A stretch of 64,000 nt of DNA, taken from NCBI GenBank assembly GCA_050331735.1, contig JBHJGN010000008.1:1-64000 (forward strand), in the 5' to 3' direction. This document shows positions 30,087 to 40,041 of this stretch, piece after piece. This DNA is from Cyanophyceae cyanobacterium (lineage in GTDB: Bacteria > Cyanobacteriota > Cyanobacteriia > Cyanobacteriales > JBHJGN01). Numbering within the stretch: position 1 is the stretch's first letter; every line of letters begins with the position of its first letter. Below the pieces are notes generated by a model. That model saw only the letters and a list, made by a program, of their open reading frames with translations, ran no database searches and had not been told where the DNA came from. The position numbers and the translations under genes are program-made.

Positions 30087-32354
30087 CTAGCTATCCGCTT
30101 CGCTGACTCGACGAACATTTAAGACATCGCTCATATTTTTGATTTGGTTGAGGCTGCGCTCAAGCTGTTGACAATCGCGGATATCAATACTTAAAGAAAT
30201 GAGAGCGGGTCTACCCGTGCTGGTTTTGACCCCGGCATTACGCACGTTGATGTTGTGATCGCTTAAGCGGGCCAAAATATCTCGGAGAACGCCAACGCGG
30301 TCAAGCACCTCAATCTGAATATCGACCGTGTAGGTTTGTCGCCCGTTAGATTCTACGGGATTCCAGCTCACCGGAATTAACCGTTCCCCCGGTATATCCT
30401 CTACGTTAGAGCAATTCTGGTGATGAATCGAAATTCCCCGAGAGCTTTGGGTGACAATGCCGATAATTGGTTCGCCAGGAACCGGTTTACAGCAGCCAGC
30501 AATGTAGTAGAGCAGTCCTTCCACTCCAGCAATGGGAGATTTGCTTTGAGAAGTGGAGCGCTCTTGCAGTAGTGCCGACTCAGAGCGACTGCGATCGCTT
30601 CCAGAAGGTTTTTGAGGCTGCGGCTCCGGAGATAGTTCGGCGGTTGGCTGCTGAACTTGGATAGCTTCTCGTAGACGGTTAAGAACCTGATTGAGAGTCA
30701 CTTCTCCATATCCCAGTGCCGCCAATAAATCTTCCACTCGCTGATAGTTGCATCGCTGAGCCACAGACTGCATCGGGTCTGACTTCAGCAGCGCCTCTAA
30801 GCCACTTTTGCCCAACTCTTTTTCCAGCAGTTCGCGTCCGCGAGCCACATTCTCTTCCCGATGCGATCGCTTGTACCACTGGCGAATCCGGTTTCGGGCT
30901 GTCGGCGTCACCACAAAGTTAAGCCAGTCTAGGCTCGGATGACAGTTCTTTTGAGTAATAATTTCGACAATATCGCCGTTCTCCAACGGCTGATCTAACA
31001 CAGTCCAGCGACCGTTGACTCTCGCTCCTTTCATGTGGTTGCCCACTTCGGTATGAATGCGATAGGCAAAATCCACCGGAGTCGCGCCTCTCGCTAAGGC
31101 TACCACGTCTCCTTGAGGCGTGAACACATAAACGTCATCCTCAAAGAGATTGTCTTTAAGGCTATCGATGTACTCTTGAGCATCCTTGAGGTCTTTTTGC
31201 CACTCTAGAAGCTGACGCAGCCAGGTAAATTTTTCATCCTCGGACGTCAGTTGCGTACTGCTACTGCTGGTTTCTTTGTATTTCCAGTGGGCGGCAATGC
31301 CGTATTCGGCAATATGATGCATTTCCAGAGTCCGAATTTGCACCTCCAAAGGACGACCGTTGAGGCCGATAACCGTCGTATGCAGCGATTGATAGCGATT
31401 CGGTTTGGGGAGGCCAATGTAGTCCTTAAACCGTCCTGGGATTGGTCTAAACGCATCGTGAACAACCGCGAGGGCGCGATAGCACTCGTCTTTCTTCTCG
31501 ACGATAATGCGGAGAGCAGCAATGTCAAAAATTTCCCCGAATTCCTTCTGTTGCCGTGCCATCTTTTGATAAATGCCATAAAGATGCTTCGGACGCCCCT
31601 TCAACTCAAACACCTTGATTCCTAAAGCTTCCAGGCGATCGCGCACCATTTTGTTAACCTTGTCAATTCTCGCCTCGCGATCGCTGCGCCGTTCAGCCAC
31701 CAGTTCTTGGATCTCTCGATAGGCATCTGGCTCTAGGTATTTAAAGCACAGATCCTCCAGTTCCCACTTAAATCGTCCAATCCCCAGCCGATTTGCTAAA
31801 GGAGCAAAAATTTCTCTCGTTTCCCGAGCAATGCGCTGCTGTTTCTCTGGGCTGAGATGCTCAAGCGTCCGCATGTTATGAAGCCTATCGGCAAGCTTAA
31901 CTACGATCACGCGGATATCTTGGGCCATCGCCACAAACATGCGGCGAAAATTTTCGGCTTGCCGCTCCGTTTTACTCGAGAAATTGAACTTTGAAAGCTT
32001 AGTCACGCCTTCGACTAGCTGACGAACCTGAACCCCAAAGCGTTCCTCGATTTCCTCAGGAGTCACATCGGTATCTTCAACCACGTCGTGTAGAAAACCA
32101 GCGGCAATCATGGCGTGATCGCCTCCTAGATCTCTCAGTAACCCAGCAACAGCGATAGGATGGGCAATATAGGGTTCGCCGGATTTACGAGACTGACCTT
32201 CGTGAAGCTCGTAGGCAAACTGAAAAGCGCGACAAATTAAATCAGCCTCTTCATCTGACGTATCGCCGTTAGCTTGATGAGTTAAGCATTCCTGAAGCCA
32301 GCGGGGAAGCTGAACGGGCGGTTGAGATTGGGTGGTTAGGGCGATCGCGTACAT
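30087..32354 (-). CDS. spoT: Bifunctional (p)ppGpp synthetase/hydrolase (long RSH)
   Basis: RKSGEPYIAHP, LHDVVED, KLADRLHNMRT, YQSLHT; TGS and ACT domains. Confidence 0.96.
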   Translation of the reverse strand: MYAIALTTQSQPPVQLPRWLQECLTHQANGDTSDEEADLICRAFQFAYELHEGQSRKSGEPYIAHPIAVAGLLRDLGGDHAMIAAGFLHDVVEDTDVTPEEIEERFGVQVRQLVEGVTKLSKFNFSSKTERQAENFRRMFVAMAQDIRVIVVKLADRLHNMRTLEHLSPEKQQRIARETREIFAPLANRLGIGRFKWELEDLCFKYLEPDAYREIQELVAERRSDREARIDKVNKMVRDRLEALGIKVFELKGRPKHLYGIYQKMARQQKEFGEIFDIAALRIIVEKKDECYRALAVVHDAFRPIPGRFKDYIGLPKPNRYQSLHTTVIGLNGRPLEVQIRTLEMHHIAEYGIAAHWKYKETSSSSTQLTSEDEKFTWLRQLLEWQKDLKDAQEYIDSLKDNLFEDDVYVFTPQGDVVALARGATPVDFAYRIHTEVGNHMKGARVNGRWTVLDQPLENGDIVEIITQKNCHPSLDWLNFVVTPTARNRIRQWYKRSHREENVARGRELLEKELGKSGLEALLKSDPMQSVAQRCNYQRVEDLLAALGYGEVTLNQVLNRLREAIQVQQPTAELSPEPQPQKPSGSDRSRSESALLQERSTSQSKSPIAGVEGLLYYIAGCCKPVPGEPIIGIVTQSSRGISIHHQNCSNVEDIPGERLIPVSWNPVESNGRQTYTVDIQIEVLDRVGVLRDILARLSDHNINVRNAGVKTSTGRPALISLSIDIRDCQQLERSLNQIKNMSDVLNVRRVSEADS

Positions 32355-32604
32355 AAATCAGCGGCTGGATGAATGAGGGTGGAGGTTGACAAAGGAAACA
32401 ATCTTAACTGAGAAGATAATGCTGCTAACCGACAAACAAGCGGTATTGCACTGATGAGCGTAAAACTGGAGCGATGGTCAATGTGATCAGGAAGTCGCCC
32501 GCGGATATCCAAGATACTTTAAAAAAAAAGCGCCCTTTAGCTCAGCTAAAGTGACAATTAAATAGCAATATTATTATCAAAATTTTAGCTTAAGCTGCCG
32601 CATA

Positions 32605-32964
32605 ATGTTGCCTAAAACACATATCCAGGTCTACCAGGAGCTACTGTCTGTCCTCCTTACCATGCGGGATCGCTCTACTGACGTTCATCCTGACGCTGAC
32701 GCTTTGCAGAAAAATTATTTGAGAGTACAGCAAGTTTTTCAACAAGCAATGAGTTTAAACAGCGATCAGCTCAATTCAGATACGGCTTTCCTGTGGCAAT
32801 CGGTTCAAACGGAAATCTATCGAGCTCTCCGGCTGCTAGAGACGGATTTGCTGTTTCTACGCTCCTCAAAACAAGCTGCTACTGTAGAACAGCGCCTGAC
32901 CAATATCCAAAACCGCATTGAGAAAGTAATCGGTTACTGTCAAGCCATCGTCAATGAACAGTAA
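32605..32964 (+). CDS. patD: PatD-family protein
   Basis: QSVQTEIYRALRLLETDLLFL...IGYC; divergent from the RSH gene. Confidence 0.7.
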   Translation: MLPKTHIQVYQELLSVLLTMRDRSTDVHPDADALQKNYLRVQQVFQQAMSLNSDQLNSDTAFLWQSVQTEIYRALRLLETDLLFLRSSKQAATVEQRLTNIQNRIEKVIGYCQAIVNEQ

Positions 32965-33025
32965 GCAATCGACAATACTAATGAGTTAACTCGGTCACTA
33001 ATCTTTGATAATTGATAACTGAATC

Positions 33026-34066
33026 ATGACGAGAGCGATTATTTGCGGGTACTACGGTCAAGGAAATGGGGGAGATGAAGCGCTGCTGGTGTCGCTGCTT
33101 CAGATGTTGCCGCAGTCAATCGAACCAATCGTGCTTTCGGGAAATCCTGCTGAAACCCTCAGCCACTATGGAGTGGAAAGCTGCGAACACCGCTCGGCGT
33201 TTCCGATTTTAAGAGCATTGAACCAGTCCGATTATTTTATCTGGGGCGGCGGTAGCCTGATGCAGGACGTGACCAGCTTTGCTAGCCCTTTCTACTACGC
33301 GGGGTTAATGGCGCTGGCGCAACAGCGAGGACTAAAAACGATTGCCTGGGCCCAAGGGATTGGTCCCCTGAAGCGAGCGCTCACTCGTACCATGACAAAA
33401 CGAGCGCTCTCTGGCTGTGCGGCAGTCAGCGTCCGCGATCACGCTTCGGCTCAACTGGTAGCGGATTGGCAAATTCCCTTTGTGCTGGCTCCCGATCCGG
33501 TTTGGGCCTTATCTCCCGAGCCAGTTCAAGGAATTTGGGATTTACCAGCACCGAGAGTGGCGGTAACGCTGCGATCGCATCCGCTGTTAACCCCACAACG
33601 ACTTTCCATCCTGACTCAGGCGATCGCCGACTTTCAAAAGGCCACTCAAACCGGGATTTTGCTCGTTCCCTTTCAGCCTGCTCAAGATGAGGCGATCGCC
33701 TCTGCGGTAGCCTCTCAGCTTCCGGGGCCTCATCGGATTGTCTCCTTCACCGATCCCCGACAACTCAAAGGCCTGTTCCAAGGAGTAGAAATGGCCATCG
33801 GGATGAGATTCCATAGCTTAATTATGGCGGCTGCCCAAGAATGTCGCTGTTTTGCTCTGAGCTACGATCCGAAGGTCACTCAGTTAATGAAAGAACTCGA
33901 TTTGCCGGGGTGGGAACTAGAGGCGTTGCCGGATGAGGCCAACCAAATCAGTACAGCTTGGCTGCAACACTACGCCAACGGCGATTCGCTAGCGGCGGCT
34001 CAAGTCCAGTCCCTCGTTGACCGCGCCTTGATGCATCAAGAACTCTTAATGAAAATTTGTAATTAG
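33026..34066 (+). CDS. csaB: Polysaccharide pyruvyl transferase
   Basis: GYYGQGNGGDEA, GGGSLMQD, SVRD, GMRFHSLI, SYDPKV. Confidence 0.92.
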   Translation: MTRAIICGYYGQGNGGDEALLVSLLQMLPQSIEPIVLSGNPAETLSHYGVESCEHRSAFPILRALNQSDYFIWGGGSLMQDVTSFASPFYYAGLMALAQQRGLKTIAWAQGIGPLKRALTRTMTKRALSGCAAVSVRDHASAQLVADWQIPFVLAPDPVWALSPEPVQGIWDLPAPRVAVTLRSHPLLTPQRLSILTQAIADFQKATQTGILLVPFQPAQDEAIASAVASQLPGPHRIVSFTDPRQLKGLFQGVEMAIGMRFHSLIMAAAQECRCFALSYDPKVTQLMKELDLPGWELEALPDEANQISTAWLQHYANGDSLAAAQVQSLVDRALMHQELLMKICN

Positions 34067-34172
34067 CCATTTGTTTGTCCTGTTTGGCCTGAAATTGAAT
34101 TTTGTTTGCTAGTCCCTTGACGACTGTATTTTAATCTCTACACTGGATCTCTAGCGACTGACAACACACTGA

Positions 34173-35207
34173 ATGCCAGATACTTTTGCGATGAATACAG
34201 ATTGGGCGAAGATAGCGTATGAGCTACGTCAGCAAAATCGAGAGCTAACCAAAATGGTGATTCAGCTCGAACAGACTCTAGCAGAATCTCAGGAAAAGTT
34301 ACAAGCCTATGTACAGCAGTCTTTAAGTCAAGCCATCTCCACGGCCCAACCAGCAGAAACGGACATTCAGCAACAGATCGCTCATCTTTTCCAAGAAATT
34401 TCCGCCTCCTATCAAGTCGTTCAGCACCAACAAATTATTGCCAAGCTGACAAAACAGCTAGAGACGAGTCAAGCCAGAGTCGCTCAGCTAGAAAGAGACT
34501 GTGCATTGCTTCAAGAAAACTATAACGAGCAGCATCATCAGCTCCTGACCACGACTGAACAAGCCCAAGCACTACGGCATAGCCTTCAGCGCCAGGAGCA
34601 CTGTACTCTCGCCTACAAAGAGGCTCTTAGCCAGCGTTCGAGCGTGACGGAGCGGCTAACCAGGCCGTTGATGCCTGCTAACCATCGAGAATCATCAGGC
34701 TGTTGCCAACTACTAGAGACGCTCGCTAGAGAATCCGCCTCAGAAATCGTTGGGCGACCGCTCACTATTTTGCCCTGGTCAGAACGCGAGAAGCTCAACA
34801 GTAATCGGTTCACGCCTCAATCTCCTGGAGAGCCAGCGCTTCCTGGTAAATTACCGCCGATTGCTCAGACCAAGGAGCAAGCAACTGCTGTAGCAGTGCA
34901 GACAACAAACCGTTCAGCAGCTTCTCCCAGTTCCACCGGAGAAGGCAGCAGCTCTAAAGCCAGTTTACAGTCCAGTCCTCCTTCAGAAAAACTGCCTTTA
35001 CGCGGAGCGTCTCCGCTAGCGCAGCCCCCCCGGAGGAAGCAGGAGTTGAAGACTACAGCACCAAGTCACGGCGGTTTTGAGTCAGCTCACTGTCATTCCC
35101 TACGACCGCTCAGAGTAGCGACAACCAAGCCAAATACCGTGCCGAGCTACCTTCTCCGCTCGACCAAGAAAAAAACGAGGACGGTAGAGTTGCCTAAGTT
35201 TGTTTAA
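34173..35207 (+). CDS. Coiled-coil protein with low-complexity C-terminus
   Basis: Q/E-rich heptads, S/P-rich tail, ends VELPKF. Confidence 0.7.
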   Translation: MPDTFAMNTDWAKIAYELRQQNRELTKMVIQLEQTLAESQEKLQAYVQQSLSQAISTAQPAETDIQQQIAHLFQEISASYQVVQHQQIIAKLTKQLETSQARVAQLERDCALLQENYNEQHHQLLTTTEQAQALRHSLQRQEHCTLAYKEALSQRSSVTERLTRPLMPANHRESSGCCQLLETLARESASEIVGRPLTILPWSEREKLNSNRFTPQSPGEPALPGKLPPIAQTKEQATAVAVQTTNRSAASPSSTGEGSSSKASLQSSPPSEKLPLRGASPLAQPPRRKQELKTTAPSHGGFESAHCHSLRPLRVATTKPNTVPSYLLRSTKKKTRTVELPKFV

Positions 35208-35348
35208 CTGTCTGTCTAGACGGAACAGAGCTAAATCTCGGTTGGGGCAAACTACCAGCAAAGCGTCCCCGCGCCGCGCCGCAGCGGGAAATGACTGACC
35301 AGAGGAGAGCCCTGGAACTAAGTCGCGGTGCTTCAAGCCAGCTCAAAG

Positions 35349-35558
35349 CTACTGCTCTGGCGCAGCATCTGATTCTAGATTCGCTTCGCGCGGAAGCTTT
35401 TGAAGCAAATCGCCTATTCTTCTGAGCGGTCTGGTAATATCGCTGTTAGGGACATTTTTGATGCTGTTAGCTAATTCCTGAAGCTGCTCTTTCATCTCCT
35501 GAAGGCGCTCTGCTGCTTCATTGCTCGTTGAATTGGGAAGAAACCGCCGAATACTCAA
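35349..35558 (-). CDS. Short hypothetical protein
   Basis: Helical 69-aa ORF with TTG start; weak support. Confidence 0.35.
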   Translation of the reverse strand: MSIRRFLPNSTSNEAAERLQEMKEQLQELANSIKNVPNSDITRPLRRIGDLLQKLPREANLESDAAPEQ

Positions 35559-35823
35559 AATCCTGACTCATAAGCTAATCACGCTAGAGAAAGACAACGG
35601 AACTAAAAGAAGCGCTTGGGAGTCTTGCCGTGTTTCGACCCCAAACGCTTCTTGCTTTACTCCTCACACAACTACACTGTAGGGTCACATCTGGTGAAAA
35701 GTTAACGGCAATGTGACACTTATAGGAGTGTCCGCCGAAATCGGTGATTACTGTAAGCGTCATTCTGGATACCAGATCCCTTTCCTTTAAACTTGATCGG
35801 TGAAAATTACTTTTGATTATTTT

Positions 35824-36390
35824 TTAGTACTGCGCTGCTCCTAACCAATTTTCTATCCCTTTCTTAGTTGGTTGACCTTTAGCGGTAAAAGTCCAAATAG
35901 CGCGTTTATGTTGAGGACCATAGCTAATGTGTATTGGTCGATCTGAACCGTAAAAATATAAAGAATCAAAGGGCAGCTTGCGAGCTAAAATCCAATCAAC
36001 TACGCGATCGCTTGTTAGACCAACAACCAAAAAATCACAGGCTGCTCCTTGTCTAGGGCAGTAGTACTGTCCGGTGCGCTTGACCTCGTGAGCCATATGT
36101 TGATCTCTACTCGGGTCTGCGCGACCGTTTTTGCTGCCTGTTGTGACATCTTTTTGCTCGAGAAATCGCTTGAGATCTAGAGAGCAAAATCCATAGGTGA
36201 GTCTGAAATTATCTGCACCAAAACCATCCATAATTGGCTCGACAAGGTTTTGATTGAGGTTTTTAAGAGCAGAAATTGTTTCTGGATTTTGGGGGTGAGG
36301 ATTAATGAGGTTAGCGTGTTTTTGATATGTACTTGTGCAAGTGCAGTAGTCTTTTAGGGTTAGGTATTTTCCAAGCGGTGTGGCTAACAT
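35824..36390 (-). CDS. Peptidase M15-like (Zn-binding) hypothetical protein
   Basis: H/D/H ligand-like motifs DQH, GAACDF and IHISY, after a TYGF motif. Confidence 0.55.
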   Translation of the reverse strand: MLATPLGKYLTLKDYCTCTSTYQKHANLINPHPQNPETISALKNLNQNLVEPIMDGFGADNFRLTYGFCSLDLKRFLEQKDVTTGSKNGRADPSRDQHMAHEVKRTGQYYCPRQGAACDFLVVGLTSDRVVDWILARKLPFDSLYFYGSDRPIHISYGPQHKRAIWTFTAKGQPTKKGIENWLGAAQY

Positions 36391-36431
36391 AGAAACGCCT
36401 TGCGGGTGAGGAGCTGCTTAACCAAAGGAGC

Positions 36432-36987
36432 GTCAATCCCCTTTCTTCAAATATGGGGATATCAGCGACCCACTTGTGTTATTCTTATCTAAAGATTAGT
36501 GATAAAGGTTGTTGTGTTCAAGGCTTATCAGTACCTAATCTATCCCACTGACGAGCAACAGATCGCCCTAGCTCAACACACGGGGAATGTAGGATGGTAT
36601 TGGAACTATGCCTTGAACCTCTGTGAGACAGCTTATCCTGAGGCAGGAAAAGGACTAACAAGAAACGCGATCCAACAGCTTCTTTCTAAACTCAAGAAAG
36701 AGTATGAATGGCTAGGGCTTTGTTACTCTCAATGTCTGCAAGTAGTAGCGCTAAAACTTAGTACAGCCTACAAAAGCTTCTTTGAAATCAGAAGCTGGCA
36801 ATGCCCGAAATGCTGCACCAAGCACGACCGGAATATTAAGGCCGCCACTAACACTAGAGAAGAGGGTCTGCGAATACTAGCGGAGGGGCGCTTCGCTACT
36901 GCTCACGGACGACCTGTCAGACTATCTTCGGATAGCGGGGTCGGATGAAGTGAGAATCCCCGAGATTCATCTATGGGGAGTCGTCAA
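36432..36987 (+). mobile_element. tnpB: Internally deleted IS200/IS605-family tnpB element (ORF 36499..36948)
   Basis: The TnpB N-terminus (KAYQYLIYPTDEQ...WNYAL...YSQCLQ) is fused directly to the C-terminal WQCPKC..KHDRNIKAATN. Left hairpin ATCCCC..GGGGAT; right hairpin GAATCCCC...GGGGAG ending in TCAA. Confidence 0.85.
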
Positions 36988-37575
36988 GATAAACACAGTT
37001 CTCGATCCGATAGAAATTTGCTTTCACGATTAAATGTTTTCCTCATCGGCATGATGGGGACTGGAAAAACAACGGTGGGTCGTCTGCTGGCACAGCGCTT
37101 GAGCTACCGCTTCTTCGATACCGATGATTTGGTGGAGCGAGTCACAAAACAAACCATCAGCGAGATTTTTAAGCACCAGGGAGAGGAGAGTTTCCGTCGC
37201 CTAGAAAGCCAAGTGTTGGCAGAACTGTCTGCCTATACCCAAAGTGCGATCGCCACTGGCGGAGGCATCGTTCTCAAGCAGCTTAACTGGAGCTACCTGC
37301 ATCACGGTTTGGTCGTGTGGTTGGATGCACCAGTAGAAATTTTGGTACAGCGTCTAGCCAATGATACTAGCCGTCCCCTACTCTCGGAGGTAGATTTGGC
37401 CCACAAGCTCTCCTCGCTATTGAAAGAACGTCGCTCCCTCTACGCTCAAGCTGACCTGCGTATCACGATCGAAAAACAAACTCCCGAACAAGTTGTGGCG
37501 CAGATTATCGAGCAAATTCCGACCGTCTTGAAGAGCCAACACCACACGGCTGATGCCTCCTCCGAGCTGTCTTGA
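36973..37575 (+). CDS. aroK: Shikimate kinase
   Basis: LIGMMGTGKTTVG, DTD, GEESFR, ATGGG, RPLL. Start uncertain (TTG at 37018 is possible). Confidence 0.95.
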   Translation: MGSRQDKHSSRSDRNLLSRLNVFLIGMMGTGKTTVGRLLAQRLSYRFFDTDDLVERVTKQTISEIFKHQGEESFRRLESQVLAELSAYTQSAIATGGGIVLKQLNWSYLHHGLVVWLDAPVEILVQRLANDTSRPLLSEVDLAHKLSSLLKERRSLYAQADLRITIEKQTPEQVVAQIIEQIPTVLKSQHHTADASSELS

Positions 37576-37597
37576 GAATAACTAAAGCAATTGTCCT

Positions 37598-38524
37598 ATG
37601 AGCAACGAAAGCGAGTTTATTAGAGAAGCTGAAGCCACCCGCGTCCGCATCCTCAGCGAGGCGCTGCCCTACATTCAGCAGTTTGCTGGTCGCACTGTGG
37701 TCGTCAAATACGGTGGTGCCGCCATGAAAGACAGCTCCCTCAAAGACAAAGTGATTCGAGATGTGGTTTTTCTGTCCTGCGTTGGCGTCCGTCCGGTGAT
37801 CGTTCACGGTGGCGGTCCCGAAATTAATAGCTGGCTAGATAAATTGGGGATTGAACCTCAGTTTAAAGATGGATTGCGGGTTACGGATGAAACCACGATG
37901 GATGTGGTGGAGATGGTGTTAGTCGGTCGGGTGAACAAAAACCTGGTATCGCTGATCAATCGGGCTGGAGGCAGGGCCGTTGGTCTGTGCGGTAAAGACG
38001 GTAACCTGATTCGAGCCCGTCACGTCGGCAGAGAAGGCGTGGGATTTGTGGGCGAAGTCAGCAGCGTTGACATTAAGCTCGTCAAGTCTTTAGTCAGTAG
38101 CGGCTACGTTCCCGTGATTTCCAGCGTAGCGGCGGATGAAGCGGGGCAAGCCCACAACATTAATGCCGATACCGTTGCCGGAGAAATTGCCGCCGCCCTA
38201 GAAGCAGAAAAGTTAATTTTGCTCACCGACACCCCAGGTATTTTGCAAGACTACAAAGATCCCTCAACCCTGCTAACAAGGTTAGATATTCAGCAAGCAA
38301 GAGAGCTAATTGCCCAGGGAGTTGTTGCTGGCGGGATGATTCCCAAAGTGAACTGCTGCGTACGTTCCTTGGCTCAGGGAGTCCGGGCCGCTCACATTAT
38401 TGACGGTCGCTTGCCCCATGCCTTGCTGCTGGAAATCTTCACCGACGAGGGAATTGGCTCTATGATTGTTGCGTCAGAGTATATGGCTCAGAAGCCGGAC
38501 GCGCCTGTATTGATCGAAGATTGA
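37598..38524 (+). CDS. argB: Acetylglutamate kinase
   Basis: [30 protein letters not shown]. Confidence 0.97.
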   Translation: MSNESEFIREAEATRVRILSEALPYIQQFAGRTVVVKYGGAAMKDSSLKDKVIRDVVFLSCVGVRPVIVHGGGPEINSWLDKLGIEPQFKDGLRVTDETTMDVVEMVLVGRVNKNLVSLINRAGGRAVGLCGKDGNLIRARHVGREGVGFVGEVSSVDIKLVKSLVSSGYVPVISSVAADEAGQAHNINADTVAGEIAAALEAEKLILLTDTPGILQDYKDPSTLLTRLDIQQARELIAQGVVAGGMIPKVNCCVRSLAQGVRAAHIIDGRLPHALLLEIFTDEGIGSMIVASEYMAQKPDAPVLIED

Positions 38525-38629
38525 CATCGTAGCAGCTCTCAACTGCACGAGGCGCAGCTAGACATTAGATTAAGTCTAAAGCAAGACAAACCAAGGACAT
38601 CGAGGCATCATAAGGGGCTAAGTGTATTA

Positions 38630-39001
38630 GTGCTGACGTTTGCCTACTGCATGCCGTTCACTGACTTCACAAATCCCTATCGAGATCCAGCCACTGCTCT
38701 AGAGGAGTATCGGAATCATTCATTTGGTAAAAACATTAAGGCTAACAAGGTCTGCATTAAAGGCAGTGATATTGTTTTTGTCCGCATTGAGCCTTGGATT
38801 TATGATCTAAAAATAGCACTGATTCTGGCTGAGATAAAATAGGCATTAGATTCAACGGAATTACTCATTGCTCGTCCTAAACCAACAATAGTTCCTTATA
38901 AAGCAAAAATACTACAGACCGAGGCAGAAGCCATTGCTGCTGCTGCCAAAGTGCGAGTAGAGCGGATGATTTTAGCTGAAGAGGTCGATGACAATGGTTG
39001 A
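38630..39001 (+). pseudogene. Gene fragment with internal TAG (38840-38842)
   Basis: The frame stays open past the TAG for 52 codons, to a TGA overlapping the start of the MNT gene. Confidence 0.5.
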
Positions 39002-39326
39002 GTTGCAAAGCCTGTTGAATGGCAGAATCAAGACCTCTCCGGCTCAGATTGCAGAATTTTGCCACCGCTGGAAAATTACTGAATTTGCCCTCTTTGGTTC
39101 TGTCCTTCGGGGTGACTTTCGCCCCGATAGCGACATTAACGTGCTCCTAACCTTTTCACCTGAGCAGTGGTTAACCTGGGATGACTGGCAAACTATGCAA
39201 GCAGAGATTGAGACCTTATTTAATCGAAAAGTTGATCTGGTGAGTAAGAAATATCTAAAAAATCCCTACAGAAGATACGAAATTCTGAATACCCGTCAAG
39301 TTATTTATGCAGCCGAACAATCGTGA
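38988..39326 (+). CDS. MNT-family minimal nucleotidyltransferase antitoxin
   Basis: LFGSVLRGDFRPDSDIN...RKVDLV. Confidence 0.9.
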   Translation: MTMVELQSLLNGRIKTSPAQIAEFCHRWKITEFALFGSVLRGDFRPDSDINVLLTFSPEQWLTWDDWQTMQAEIETLFNRKVDLVSKKYLKNPYRRYEILNTRQVIYAAEQS

Positions 39327-39669
39327 TGTTGCCTCTGTTTGGGATATGACACAGGCTATTCAACGCATTCAATCGTTTACTAATGGTCTGACCTTTGACG
39401 AGTATCTAAACGACATTCGCACCGTCAGTGCCGTTGAGCGACAATTTGAAGTTTTAGGAGAAGCTGCCCCGAGAATCTCTACTGAATTTCAATACGCTTA
39501 TCCCGATATTGATTGGCAACGTACGATCAGCTTACGCAATATTATTGCCCATCGCTACGACGAAGTCAGGCAAGAGATATTGTGGACAATTATCTGCTCT
39601 GAGTTAACCCCGCTCCTAGCCCAGTTAGAGGCACTGCTCCCTCCATTACCAGGGCAAGATAGGCCATGA
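39307..39669 (+). CDS. HEPN/DUF86 (HepT-like) toxin
   Basis: AVERQFEVLGEAA, PDIDW, RNIIAHRY (Rx4H). Confidence 0.9.
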   Translation: MQPNNRDVASVWDMTQAIQRIQSFTNGLTFDEYLNDIRTVSAVERQFEVLGEAAPRISTEFQYAYPDIDWQRTISLRNIIAHRYDEVRQEILWTIICSELTPLLAQLEALLPPLPGQDRP

Positions 39670-40041
39670 GCATCAAACCTAGCAGAAAGTACTACCCATT
39701 CACTGTTTCAACATCTGCAAGGCTGCGCTCAAGAAGCCGTTACACTGAACCTTTCAGGCAACTTATAATATCCAGCACAAAGACGGTAATTTGTTCTAGA
39801 ATGCTCTCCGCAGAATTAAACGGCAAACCCTGTCTCTATTCTCAAAATGGGGGATGGCAACGATTCGTGAAATTTACTCCCATATCCTCCTTAAACCTTC
39901 TGTAGACAATACTTTTAGCCTTCAAATATCTTGACCAAAACATTACAAAAAAACACGTTCGATTCTCTAGGTAAAAGCTTTTCGATAAACTAAGACAAGA
40001 GACGAGTTAAAAAACAAAAATGGGGAAAGAATTCCTGAATA

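Noticed and set aside
35600..35815. Riboswitch or ncRNA in a hairpin-rich intergenic region
   Set aside because: Several stems are present but no Rfam-type consensus that I can recognise; an Infernal search is needed.
24727..38842. Stop-codon recoding suggested by in-frame TAG codons at 24727 and 38840 (and TGA at 17506 and 47962)
   Set aside because: Intact conserved genes here terminate normally at TAG and TGA (e.g. RSH at TAG, argB at TGA). The interrupted genes are all accessory, so decay or sequencing error is simpler.
39666..39905. 79-aa ORF sharing GGWQRFV.FTPIS with the hydrolase C-terminus
   Set aside because: The shared peptide is simply the transposon inverted repeat translated in both places.
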